Shown piece after piece: positions 50,602-60,344 of a stretch of 64,000 nt of DNA. The notes beneath the pieces are model-generated. The model was given only the letters and a program-made list of their open reading frames with translations, did no database searches and was not told the DNA's origin. Both the position numbers and the translations under genes were made by a program. Source of the stretch: an uncultured Sphingobacterium sp. (GTDB lineage Bacteria > Bacteroidota > Bacteroidia > Sphingobacteriales > Sphingobacteriaceae); the NCBI GenBank assembly GCA_947630335.1, contig CANRHE010000001.1:620-64619 (forward strand), read 5' to 3'. Every line of letters starts with the position of its first letter. Positions within the stretch are counted from its first letter, which is position 1.

Positions 50602-50631
50602 ATAACGGCCACAATCTCTTGTGGCCGTTAT
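50602..50631 (-). terminator. Intrinsic terminator
   Basis: ATAACGGCCACAA-TCTC-TTGTGGCCGTTAT. Confidence 0.8.
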
Positions 50632-50648
50632 GTCTATTCTAGATCATT

Positions 50649-53471
50649 TTACATTCTCGGACGCATATGTCCTGGGAATTGATTTTGATCCTGCATCGGA
50701 TTTACTCCCGAGAATTTTTGTAGCTTGAACGTAAACGTCAACATGAAATATCGAGCCAATCGGTTCGTTTGGCTATCCGTCAATACCTCTCCTACAGTAC
50801 GGTTAATATTAGTTTGTTGGTTCAACAAGTCAAAACCTTGCAAACGTAATGTACCACGCTCTCCTTTTAAGAAGCGCTGCTCTATATAAGAATTAATAAT
50901 AAAAGGATTAACATTGCTTCTATACCCAGAGTTAAACTCTTTTGAAACATCAACACCAAATATTGTCGACTTCGTTATATTAACCGACCCAATAATATTT
51001 GGAGTGATTTTTTGTGAATTAGGAGCCGAAAAATCTGGAAGAGTAGAGCTCGTAATAGAATAATTATAACGTATACCTGGATTAATCTCTAACTTCTCCG
51101 AAGGATTATAACGGAAGAATAACATTTGAAAAATAGACGTATTATTATTCACACCTTTATCAAACCCAACAGCATCTGGATTATTTACCAAACTAGCGCT
51201 GAAATCACTCGTTAGATAAGATAGCGTACGAGCATAACTCACACCCCCACCATACATCACATTAAACGTTTTCTCTTTCCATGATCGCGCCCAGTGATAA
51301 AAAGAATTAATATTATATACTGGATCAGATGCATTGATATAACCTACACTCTGTACCATACCGACACCATCAACACGATTTCTGATATTCAAAGACACAA
51401 TCTTATCACTTGTAATCTCCGAACGAATCATTGCGAAGAATGACTTTCCTTTTTGAAAGTCACCCGTTCTGAAACGAGCGACCATAGAATGTCTAAACTC
51501 AGGATCTAAATCTGGATTACCGAAAGTAGAGAATGTCTCGTCTGTACTTTTCTCAAAAGGTAAAATCTGCGAGACCCCTGGCTCCGAAGAGCGACCTGAG
51601 TAATTAAAAGTAATATTTGATTGACGTGAGAACTTATATTCAAAACGAGCGATAGGAATAATACTAAGGTTAGAACGATGAATCGCTGCGTGCTCCGTTC
51701 CCGAATAGGCATTTCCTTTCAATAAGGAAGGCTGTACTGCCGCACCAAAAGAGTACTTCATCTTATCATTCTCAAATAAGTAACTAGCACCTACTTTATG
51801 CGTTGTAAAACCATAGTCAAAGTCATAACTATAATTCAACCCTTTACCAACCACAATAGTCCCTAAGCTATCTAGCGTTCTTTGCTTATCATAATTATCA
51901 TATTCATTCGTATTGAAATCATAACTAATTTCTAGCTTACTCTTATCACTCAAAGGCTCTAAATAAGAAACTGAAGCTCCACCATTCCAGCTTTTGTTTT
52001 GTGCTTCCGCAATTGAATTACGATACAATTGCTCAACTGGAAGGTTTTGATTCGCCCCATCATAAATCTCACGATCCAATATTTTGTCTAGATCATTCTT
52101 CGTATTTGCATTATCATAGTTAAAGTTGAAAAAGATATTACGTCCCTTATCATTCAACCTACGATTATACAAACCCGAGATATTGTAACGAGGAGAAGTT
52201 GAATTACTCAAAGAAGTTAACGTCTCAAAGTTATCTTTCAGTCCACCTAAATAACTTTCTGAATTGGAGAAGTTATTGGCACGATTATCATTATATCCAA
52301 ATTGTGGCGTAATCTTAATATAATCTTTATCTGTGATATTCCATTCTAAGTTAGCCTCAAAACGGTGATTGCCACGTACACTCTCGTTGTCCGCATTCGC
52401 ATCCGTCGTAAAACCTTGTCCAATGTATTCGGTAAAAGACTTTGTCAACGTATTATTTTTGTCATGTCCGTACGAGTATGACCCATATAACTTCAGCTTA
52501 TCCGAGAAATCATGTCTTAAGTTAACCCCTACGGAACCTACATTCGTAATACCATCAGAACCTCCAAACATACCACCACCGCGACCACCGCCACCGCCTT
52601 GGCGACCACGAGCGCCACCACCCATAGCGTTAAAATCAAATAATGGAGCATTCATATTATTCAAGTTACCCAACACGGACACCTGTGTCTTATTCTTAAA
52701 GCCCATAACCATACCTGTAGCCTGATAGCGCTCATCGGTACCAGCACCTACACGCAAGGTAGTAGCAAAGCCATTATTGTATTTTGGATCAATTTGGATA
52801 TTAAGGACTTTTACCGACTCACCAGACTTATTACCAGTCAGATTTGCCATATCGCCAAAATCATCTACTACCTGTATCTTTTGGATAATCTCAGCAGGCA
52901 AATTCTGGGTGGCTGTCTTCACATCACCCCCAAAAAAATCTTTACCATTGATTCGCACACGGGTCACTTGCTCGCCTTGGGCAGTCACATTACCATCTTT
53001 ATCAACCTCTACTCCTTGCAATTTTTTCAAGGCATCTTCAGCAACAGCGCCTTGGCGTAATTTCAAATTATCCATCGCATACTCTACCGTATCACCCTTT
53101 ACTTGAACCGTAACCACACCATTGATAACAACCTCTTCCAGCATATTTGGAATAGCCTTTAGTTGAATCGTAGGTATCAAAAATTCTGTCTGTCCTGCAG
53201 GATAAGTATATTCTTGTTCGAATGGTTCAAAACCCAAATTACTAATTCTGATTTTGAACTGATTATTCTTAACATTATTAAATTTAAAAATACCACCTAC
53301 AGACGAGCTTGTACCTGACGTATCTGCTCCAGAAATTAATTGAACAGAGGCTCCCGAAACAATGCGTAAAGCAGAATCACGAAGCATACCTTGTACAGCT
53401 CTTTGTCCATAACTCATACTGCTCACAGTAACGAGTAATACTACAACTAACCAATTTTTAAAATTATTCAT
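50649..53471 (-). CDS. TonB-receptor-like outer-membrane beta-barrel protein
   Basis: Signal peptide; carboxypeptidase-regulatory-like domain; plug (KGDTVEY, LKKLQGVEVD, INGKDFFG, NLPAE); barrel ending RYFMLTFTFKL; Gly-rich insert. Confidence 0.85.
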   Translation of the reverse strand: MNNFKNWLVVVLLVTVSSMSYGQRAVQGMLRDSALRIVSGASVQLISGADTSGTSSSVGGIFKFNNVKNNQFKIRISNLGFEPFEQEYTYPAGQTEFLIPTIQLKAIPNMLEEVVINGVVTVQVKGDTVEYAMDNLKLRQGAVAEDALKKLQGVEVDKDGNVTAQGEQVTRVRINGKDFFGGDVKTATQNLPAEIIQKIQVVDDFGDMANLTGNKSGESVKVLNIQIDPKYNNGFATTLRVGAGTDERYQATGMVMGFKNKTQVSVLGNLNNMNAPLFDFNAMGGGARGRQGGGGGRGGGMFGGSDGITNVGSVGVNLRHDFSDKLKLYGSYSYGHDKNNTLTKSFTEYIGQGFTTDANADNESVRGNHRFEANLEWNITDKDYIKITPQFGYNDNRANNFSNSESYLGGLKDNFETLTSLSNSTSPRYNISGLYNRRLNDKGRNIFFNFNYDNANTKNDLDKILDREIYDGANQNLPVEQLYRNSIAEAQNKSWNGGASVSYLEPLSDKSKLEISYDFNTNEYDNYDKQRTLDSLGTIVVGKGLNYSYDFDYGFTTHKVGASYLFENDKMKYSFGAAVQPSLLKGNAYSGTEHAAIHRSNLSIIPIARFEYKFSRQSNITFNYSGRSSEPGVSQILPFEKSTDETFSTFGNPDLDPEFRHSMVARFRTGDFQKGKSFFAMIRSEITSDKIVSLNIRNRVDGVGMVQSVGYINASDPVYNINSFYHWARSWKEKTFNVMYGGGVSYARTLSYLTSDFSASLVNNPDAVGFDKGVNNNTSIFQMLFFRYNPSEKLEINPGIRYNYSITSSTLPDFSAPNSQKITPNIIGSVNITKSTIFGVDVSKEFNSGYRSNVNPFIINSYIEQRFLKGERGTLRLQGFDLLNQQTNINRTVGEVLTDSQTNRLARYFMLTFTFKLQKFSGVNPMQDQNQFPGHMRPRM

Positions 53472-53491
53472 ATCTATATTTAAATTCTCTT

Positions 53492-54229
53492 TTATTTTAC
53501 ACTTGCATCAAACCATATATCCACACGCTCTTTAAAAGGATTTGTCACCACCTCCTTTACCGGACGCTTGCGGCTATACATTGGATTTGGCGGAGCAGAT
53601 CGCTTCGTTGATTGCAATCGCTTGAACTGTGCATATTTTGTATTGATCGCCAATTCAATAGCCACATCCTTAGTTTCGAACTTGATAAATTCCAAAGGTA
53701 CTACTGCCTCATAGATAAGATCACCATTAGGAGTAAACTTACATACCGCACGTATACCATAGGTATTATCAAAAGAAAGTAAACCATTCACTATTTTACT
53801 GAAACCCGTCACCGAATAGCCAATTGCACTTTCTAACAATTGCTCGTTACTCCACATCTTTTTCGTATCTGACTTACCATAAAGCTTTTCTAACCGCTCA
53901 AGATTAGGCACAGGAAACACTAGTCTAGCACCTTCCTTTCTTTTGTTGGAATAACTAATATTCAATACTACCCCACCTCGGATAGCCTCCTGAATTAAAG
54001 CTGTATCACGAATCAGAGCTATAGCATATAATTTACCATCATTCATGGCACTACCAAAACTCCACAGCTCACTATTTTCTGTATACAAATTACTTTTCCA
54101 ATCAGAAGAATCACCATCAACCATGATGCCATCTAGAGCTTTACAGATGTACGTATTCTTTTCTTTTTTTTGCGCAAAAAGAAAAAATGGTCCTAGCACA
54201 CCTATCAAAAGTATACTCTTTTTAATCAT
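53492..54229 (-). CDS. Hypothetical exported protein
   Basis: Signal peptide; VDGDSSDW and YEAVVPL segments reminiscent of DOMON/CBM9-like folds (weak). Confidence 0.7.
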   Translation of the reverse strand: MIKKSILLIGVLGPFFLFAQKKEKNTYICKALDGIMVDGDSSDWKSNLYTENSELWSFGSAMNDGKLYAIALIRDTALIQEAIRGGVVLNISYSNKRKEGARLVFPVPNLERLEKLYGKSDTKKMWSNEQLLESAIGYSVTGFSKIVNGLLSFDNTYGIRAVCKFTPNGDLIYEAVVPLEFIKFETKDVAIELAINTKYAQFKRLQSTKRSAPPNPMYSRKRPVKEVVTNPFKERVDIWFDASVK

Positions 54230-54364
54230 TACAAGTAATATGTTTTACCTTTATACATTGGTAAGACGCATTTGTTTCGTCTTATTTATTACAAAAAAAA
54301 TAATTACTTGTGTAAATAAGTGTAAACACACTTAAATCACAGATAAGTTACATTGATTTTCAAT

Positions 54365-54961
54365 ATGCTATTATCCCAATTCCAAGACATTTTAATCGAA
54401 GCTGGCTGTGATGAAGCTGGACGAGGATGTCTAGCAGGCCCTGTATTTGCTGCCGCAGTAATATTCCCAAAAGATTACTTCAACCCTGTATTAAACGATT
54501 CCAAAAAATTATCGGAAAAAAAAAGAATGGCTCTACGGCCAATTATTGAAAAAGAAGCACTAGCATTTGCAGTAGCTAGCATAACTCCTGCTGAAATTGA
54601 CAAAATAAATATTCACAATGCCTCCTACAAAGCCATGCATGTAGCATTAGATATGCTCAAGATAAAGCCTGAGCTTCTTATAATTGATGGTAACAAATTT
54701 ATTCCCTACCAAGATATCCCTCATGAATGCATCGTCAAAGGGGATGGCAAATACCTATCGATTGCAGCCGCCTCCATATTGGCCAAAACATATAGAGATG
54801 AATTCATGGACAGGCTTGCGCTCGACTACCCTGAATATGACTGGATTGCTAATAAAGGATATCCCACTGTTAAACATAGAACCGCTGTGATCAAACATGG
54901 GCCGACTCCTCACCATCGCAAAACTTTTAGAGTTACTGATCCTCAGTTAAAATTATTTTAA
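54365..54961 (+). CDS. rnhB: Ribonuclease HII
   Basis: [33 protein letters not shown]. Confidence 0.97.
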   Translation: MLLSQFQDILIEAGCDEAGRGCLAGPVFAAAVIFPKDYFNPVLNDSKKLSEKKRMALRPIIEKEALAFAVASITPAEIDKINIHNASYKAMHVALDMLKIKPELLIIDGNKFIPYQDIPHECIVKGDGKYLSIAAASILAKTYRDEFMDRLALDYPEYDWIANKGYPTVKHRTAVIKHGPTPHHRKTFRVTDPQLKLF

Positions 54962-55080
54962 AAAGAGCTGTACACGACGTAATTATACATAGATAACCAC
55001 ATACTATTTCATTGAACTTTGATTAGGTTTTTGACCATGGCAGGGTATGCACATGCTCTGCACTCGCACCTCCTTAAATA

Positions 55081-55168
55081 AGACATTAAGCGGACATAAC
55101 GCGGACTTTGTCCGTATCCATCCGAATGAAGTCCGAATGAAGTCCGTATGAAGTCCGTGTAATGTCCC
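55081..55168. repeat. Inverted array of 11-bp-period repeats
   Basis: GAC at 55082, 55093, 55104; GTCCG-like at 55110, 55120, 55131, 55142, 55153, 55164. Confidence 0.85.
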
Positions 55169-55221
55169 TATCAAATTGGAGTATGGACTTAGTCTACTAC
55201 CTCCATCTATGGAGGTATACC

Positions 55222-55260
55222 CAATAAGAAAGGGCTTCAGTTTGAAGCCCTTTCTTATTG
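55222..55260. terminator. Bidirectional terminator
   Basis: CAATAAGAAAGGGCTTCA-GTT-TGAAGCCCTTTCTTATTG. Confidence 0.85.
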
Positions 55261-55283
55261 AAAAAATAAATGTGTAATAATTA

Positions 55284-57746
55284 TTATTTCAGTTTATTTT
55301 TCTTTTTAAGTGACCAAAATATCGCTACACCAAAAGCCGCCACTAGAATAATGGATGCAATTAACGAAATTATATTAGATACTTTCATACTTTGAGGGTC
55401 GAATACAAACTCTACCGTGTGATTACCCCCTGGTAATTGTAAAGCTCTTAGGATATAATCAGCGCGCAAAATAGGCACTTCTTCACCATCGACGTAAGCT
55501 TTCCATCCTTTATCGTAATAAACTTCTGAGAAGACTGCAAAAACATCATTAGGTGCAGAATATTCGTAGATCATTTTATCAGGATGATAAGAAGTTAATT
55601 TTATCGTTGCATTACGAGCTGGCCCAACTTTACTAGTATTAATTCTATCTTTGAATTCGTTATGGACAAATGCTTCTCGCGATGGGTCAAAACTACTGAT
55701 CGCTTGCATTTCTTGCGCATTGTCTTTAACCATAGTCACCTTATCTACAAACCATGCATTACCGGCTGCAGTCGAACGTCTTTGGATACGCTCTGATCCA
55801 TTCTGCGGATCTTGAGTAATCAAATAGCGTACGTTGAACATATCAAGTACATCTTCATTGACAGCGCCATTAAATTGATGTTCTAAGATTTCTTGGAACC
55901 TCATTAATTTTGCTGCGTGATATCCACCCAAACTTTTATGATAGTAAGAAGTCTTAGCATCCGAAAAAGGACTAGTAGTTAAGTCTAAAACACGGTAACT
56001 AGGGTCTTTATCTAATTGTATTAATTGATCTACTTCTCGCATTGGAACGACAGTAGATTTAGAAGATTTGCTCACAAACACATTATCATTCAAATAACGT
56101 TTGTCAACTGTCCATAAATCAATCAAGGTTACCAATCCCAATACAATAACCAATACAGTAGCATTAAGCTTGTTTTTGACAAATGCCCATACCAAAGCAA
56201 ATACAATCGCCACTATAAAAAATGAACGCCATGCATCTGCCGATGCAATAGCAGCACGATCATTTGTCAATGCCTCTGCGAGCTGATTAGCCAAGTTGGC
56301 ATCACCAAACTGCTGCGTAAGCATCGCTATAAACTCTTGATGATTAACACCTCTTAAGTCTAGAATACTAGGTATAAATGCAATGATTAAACAAACGGCA
56401 GCTACACCTCCAAAACTATATAAGATTTTTTTATCTAGGTTCTGAATATGATTTTTATCCGTTATCAACTCATTAACTCCTAATACAGCTAACAAAGGAA
56501 TTAAAATAGATGGGATAATTAATATTGATTCGGGTGCTCTGAACTTATTATATAAAGGAGCGTACTCAAAAAACAGATCAGACAATAGGGCGAAATTACT
56601 ACCTAATGCTAAGAGCATCGTCATGGCTATAGCCGTGACAATCCACCATTTTGTACGGCTTTTTACAATAAATAAAGCTAATATAAATAAAGCGATAATA
56701 CCGGCTCCAAAGTACCATGGGCCGGATGTAAAAGTCTTATCCCCCCAATAGGTAGGCATACTTTTGGCATACTGCACAGCTTGTCCTTGCGGTGCACCTA
56801 TTTTTTTAAAAAACTCTGCAACATTTGATTTTTCGTCTAATACACCTTGACTCCTACCTCCATAAGCATTAGGAATCAACAGGGTTAAATTCTCCCCCAC
56901 ACCTTGACTCCAGGCGTACGCATATTCCTTATCTAATCCTGATGTTTTATTCCCTGATTCTACTTTTACAATATTTGCCTTACCGCGAGTGGTTAATTTA
57001 GAATACTCGTAAGTTGGGAAAAGTACAGAAGCATTGACCGCAACAGCAAGTAAAACAGCGAGGACTTGAAATCCTGTAGTTTGAAAAAATTCTTTTAATT
57101 TTTTATCTCTATATGCATAATAGAATTGGAAGCCTACAAAGACCAACATCGCTAGCATGAGATAATAAGTAATCTGAACGTGATTGGTCCTAATCTCTAG
57201 TGCTAAAAACAAGGCTAAAAGAAGGGATCCCCAAAGCCTATTCCCTCTGTAACAAAGCACAATAGACCCAATTATAGGGGCTAAATACGCTATAGCATAT
57301 GCTCTATTAAGGTGACCTGCTTCAATATAGATAAAGTTATATGAAGAGAATGCGATAGCAATAGCGCCTACAGCAGCAAGCCAAGGCCGAACCCTAAATG
57401 CCGACAACATAAAATAAGCGCCTAACAAGAAAATTAAAATAATATCAGCAGGCTCCGGAAAAACCAACTTAATAGTTCTATTAATATAGGTTCCTATATT
57501 ATTTGCGTGCTCATACCATATTTGGAATGTAGGCATACCACCGAACATAGAATTTGTCCACTGCGGAGCTTGTCCATCCTTCGCTTTAAAATCAAACAAC
57601 TCTTTTTGACTACCCATTGCCTGAACGACATCATGTTGAGATAGACTTTTACCTTGCCATAAGGGCGAAAAATAAAAGAATACCAATGCAAAGAAGATGG
57701 CAATAACAATCAGATGTGAAGAGTTTTCCTTAAACCAATTTTTCAT
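55284..57746 (-). CDS. YfhO-family polytopic membrane protein (putative GT-C glycosyltransferase)
   Basis: WTNSMFGGMP, YNKFRA, GGYHAAKL, FSEVYYDKGWKAYVDG. Confidence 0.88.
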   Translation of the reverse strand: MKNWFKENSSHLIVIAIFFALVFFYFSPLWQGKSLSQHDVVQAMGSQKELFDFKAKDGQAPQWTNSMFGGMPTFQIWYEHANNIGTYINRTIKLVFPEPADIILIFLLGAYFMLSAFRVRPWLAAVGAIAIAFSSYNFIYIEAGHLNRAYAIAYLAPIIGSIVLCYRGNRLWGSLLLALFLALEIRTNHVQITYYLMLAMLVFVGFQFYYAYRDKKLKEFFQTTGFQVLAVLLAVAVNASVLFPTYEYSKLTTRGKANIVKVESGNKTSGLDKEYAYAWSQGVGENLTLLIPNAYGGRSQGVLDEKSNVAEFFKKIGAPQGQAVQYAKSMPTYWGDKTFTSGPWYFGAGIIALFILALFIVKSRTKWWIVTAIAMTMLLALGSNFALLSDLFFEYAPLYNKFRAPESILIIPSILIPLLAVLGVNELITDKNHIQNLDKKILYSFGGVAAVCLIIAFIPSILDLRGVNHQEFIAMLTQQFGDANLANQLAEALTNDRAAIASADAWRSFFIVAIVFALVWAFVKNKLNATVLVIVLGLVTLIDLWTVDKRYLNDNVFVSKSSKSTVVPMREVDQLIQLDKDPSYRVLDLTTSPFSDAKTSYYHKSLGGYHAAKLMRFQEILEHQFNGAVNEDVLDMFNVRYLITQDPQNGSERIQRRSTAAGNAWFVDKVTMVKDNAQEMQAISSFDPSREAFVHNEFKDRINTSKVGPARNATIKLTSYHPDKMIYEYSAPNDVFAVFSEVYYDKGWKAYVDGEEVPILRADYILRALQLPGGNHTVEFVFDPQSMKVSNIISLIASIILVAAFGVAIFWSLKKKNKLK

Positions 57747-57821
57747 GAATAATTTAGAGGTTACATTTTATTAAAAACCAAAAATATAGAATTGATTTTA
57801 ATAATTGCTAAGTAAATAGGA

Positions 57822-58505
57822 TTAGTTTGATTTTTCGATTAATTTTTTAATATCAGAAAGTTCACCAAAAAGAACTAACAAGTCATTTTCTCGTAGGATA
57901 GTATCTGAATTTGCTATTCCTGAAGCATGTTTAATAGGCTCTGCACCAGATGCTGTCTTACTATCTATCGTCAAGGTTGTCAATACAATTACCTTAAACG
58001 TATTGGTAAGATTAGCCTCCATTAATGTTTTGCCGACATATTTAGCAGGCACTTTGGTCTCAATAATGCTGTATTTGTCCGAAACTTTAAAAGAGTCCAC
58101 AATATCTACATTGTCTAATCGCAAGGCTAAGCGTTCTGCTGCTTCCTCTTCGGGCATGATATATTCATCAATTTGCATGGCTTCCATTACGGTACGCTGT
58201 AAGTCCGAAACCACTCGCCCAATAATCCGTTTCACCTTTAGCTGTTTGATTAATGCTGTCGTCAATAATGATGCTCCTTCATCCTCACCAATGGCAATAA
58301 TTACGGCATCAGCATCTTTTAATGGCAATGACGAAACAGCCCCCCGATCTGTAGTATCTAAGCAAACTGTATACGTGATTTTATCTTTTAACTGTTCCAC
58401 AATATTAAGATCCATATCAGCCCCGATGACCTCATGCCCTAATTCGGTTAAATGAATACTCAATGATCGTCCAAAATGTCCTAATCCTAAAACAATATAT
58501 TTCAT
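57822..58505 (-). CDS. KtrA/TrkA potassium uptake regulatory subunit
   Basis: GLGHFG RCK-N plus RCK-C domains. Confidence 0.92.
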   Translation of the reverse strand: MKYIVLGLGHFGRSLSIHLTELGHEVIGADMDLNIVEQLKDKITYTVCLDTTDRGAVSSLPLKDADAVIIAIGEDEGASLLTTALIKQLKVKRIIGRVVSDLQRTVMEAMQIDEYIMPEEEAAERLALRLDNVDIVDSFKVSDKYSIIETKVPAKYVGKTLMEANLTNTFKVIVLTTLTIDSKTASGAEPIKHASGIANSDTILRENDLLVLFGELSDIKKLIEKSN

Positions 58506-58525
58506 ATGTTATGTATTATCTACGC

Positions 58526-60313
58526 TTAAAAAAGAAGCTTTTCTGTTGGGTAGGTGTAGCTTTTATTTTTTGTATTTTTTATCAACGACATAAGCAATGT
58601 TAGTGTCCCCACCCTCCCTACAAACATCGTAAAGATAATAATATATTTACCGCCGATACTCAAATAGGGTGTTATCCCTAAACTAAGCCCGCAAGTGGTG
58701 TAGGCCGATATAGTTTCAAATAACAAAGCTTTCAATGACTTGTCACCATCTGTAAAAAGTAACAACAAAAAAGAAATACTGATGACAGCACCAGAAAGAA
58801 ATATAATAGCAAATGCCTTATGAATAGACTCCAAAGCGATTCTCTTTTTAAAAATTTCAATAGAGTCATTGCCACGCGCTAATGCAAAAATATTTAAAAA
58901 TGCCAAAGCGACGGTCGTCACTTTCACCCCTCCACCTGTAGATCCAGGTGACGAACCAATCCACATGACAATAGTAAGCATAAGTAAGGTAGGCGCACCG
59001 AGCAAACTCATGCTAACGCTATTAAAACCTGCTGATCGAGAAGCATTCGCCATAAAAAAAGATGTTACCCATTCTCCATAAACCGAATTATCTTCCAATA
59101 AGGTATGCTTTTGCTCCATTACGAAATAAGCAATCGTAATGACGACCAAGACGATGGCATTACAGACTACGATAAACTTGGTATTAAACTTAAAATACTG
59201 CGCCTTGTGCTTAACCTCTCTACCGATTAGCAGAGAAAATATCCTTATAATTTTGTTCTTCACGAAAGTATAAAAATTATACACTGTACTAAAGCCCAAC
59301 CCTCCTAGTATAAAGATGAGTGCTAATATGATCTGAAAATTATAATTATACCTATAATTGGGGTTGCCTATCCCGTCATGTAAGATGGAAAAACCAGAAT
59401 TACAAAAAGAAGAAATGGCATGAAAGACGGCAAAAAAAACTCGTTTACCTTGGGTTTCAAAAAGATTAGGATCGAGGGAAAAATAAATAAAAACGGCACC
59501 AATTAACTCAAAAAGTATAGTAATAAAAATAATGGTAAGCAGCGTGGAAATAACAGAATTGAGCTTCTTCTCATCCAAAATCTCCCCATACATCAATTGA
59601 TTTTTAAATGATAATCCTCCAGAAAAAAAGTATCCAAAAAAACCTGTAAAAGTCATTATACCTAGTCCTCCCACTTGAATAAGGATCATTATAACTGTTT
59701 GTCCAAATGTAGAGAGGTTAGTGGATATGTCCGTGACCGAGAGTCCAGTAATACAAACCGCACTGGTAGACATAAAAATGGCTTCAGAAAAAGTTAATCG
59801 AGTAATAACTGTTGCTCTAGGAAACATCAAGAGCGCAGCTCCTATAAGAATCAGTCCTATAAAGCTAATTACAAATAAAATAGTGGGGTTAAAATAAAAA
59901 TTATCAAAGACGAGCGTACTCTTCGATAATTCAATTAAAAATACTAACCCTATACCTAGAGACATCCATTCATCCCTTTCCAGAAAAGATAGCCAATGAA
60001 TATTATAGGTACGCACAAGGATGACTAATAAGAAATAAAGGATGATAAAGGGGCTAGAGTAATTTGCAACATCTAGTTTTCCTAACGCTGAGTAAAAAGC
60101 AACAGTTCGTATAATCTCTAGTGCAAATAGTCCATAAAACATCATTAAAAGAATAGACTTCAGTATCACGTCAATATTGGGATTAGTAACATCACCAATT
60201 TCTAGTAAAACTGTAAAAGCACAAATCATACTTAAATACAGCATGATTTGATTAACTACCTTAGCCCTATACTTAAAGAAATACTTAAAAGACTCTATCA
60301 TTGACTTCATCAT
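58526..60313 (-). CDS. KtrB/TrkH potassium uptake membrane subunit
   Basis: SAVCITGL, QVGGLG, FCNSGF, RSAGF, PGSTGGGVK, TCGLSLG. Confidence 0.93.
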   Translation of the reverse strand: MMKSMIESFKYFFKYRAKVVNQIMLYLSMICAFTVLLEIGDVTNPNIDVILKSILLMMFYGLFALEIIRTVAFYSALGKLDVANYSSPFIILYFLLVILVRTYNIHWLSFLERDEWMSLGIGLVFLIELSKSTLVFDNFYFNPTILFVISFIGLILIGAALLMFPRATVITRLTFSEAIFMSTSAVCITGLSVTDISTNLSTFGQTVIMILIQVGGLGIMTFTGFFGYFFSGGLSFKNQLMYGEILDEKKLNSVISTLLTIIFITILFELIGAVFIYFSLDPNLFETQGKRVFFAVFHAISSFCNSGFSILHDGIGNPNYRYNYNFQIILALIFILGGLGFSTVYNFYTFVKNKIIRIFSLLIGREVKHKAQYFKFNTKFIVVCNAIVLVVITIAYFVMEQKHTLLEDNSVYGEWVTSFFMANASRSAGFNSVSMSLLGAPTLLMLTIVMWIGSSPGSTGGGVKVTTVALAFLNIFALARGNDSIEIFKKRIALESIHKAFAIIFLSGAVISISFLLLLFTDGDKSLKALLFETISAYTTCGLSLGITPYLSIGGKYIIIFTMFVGRVGTLTLLMSLIKNTKNKSYTYPTEKLLF

Positions 60314-60344
60314 ACAAAACTAGTAATATACACCAAAACAGTCC

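Noticed and set aside
55004-55076. Minus-strand AGGAGG followed by a 19-aa ORF containing CIPCH (CxxCH)
   Set aside because: Too short, no signal peptide, and SD sites are rarely used in this phylum; probably chance
55081-55168. CRISPR or tRNA
   Set aside because: 11-bp tandem units without unique spacers; no cloverleaf or T-loop motif
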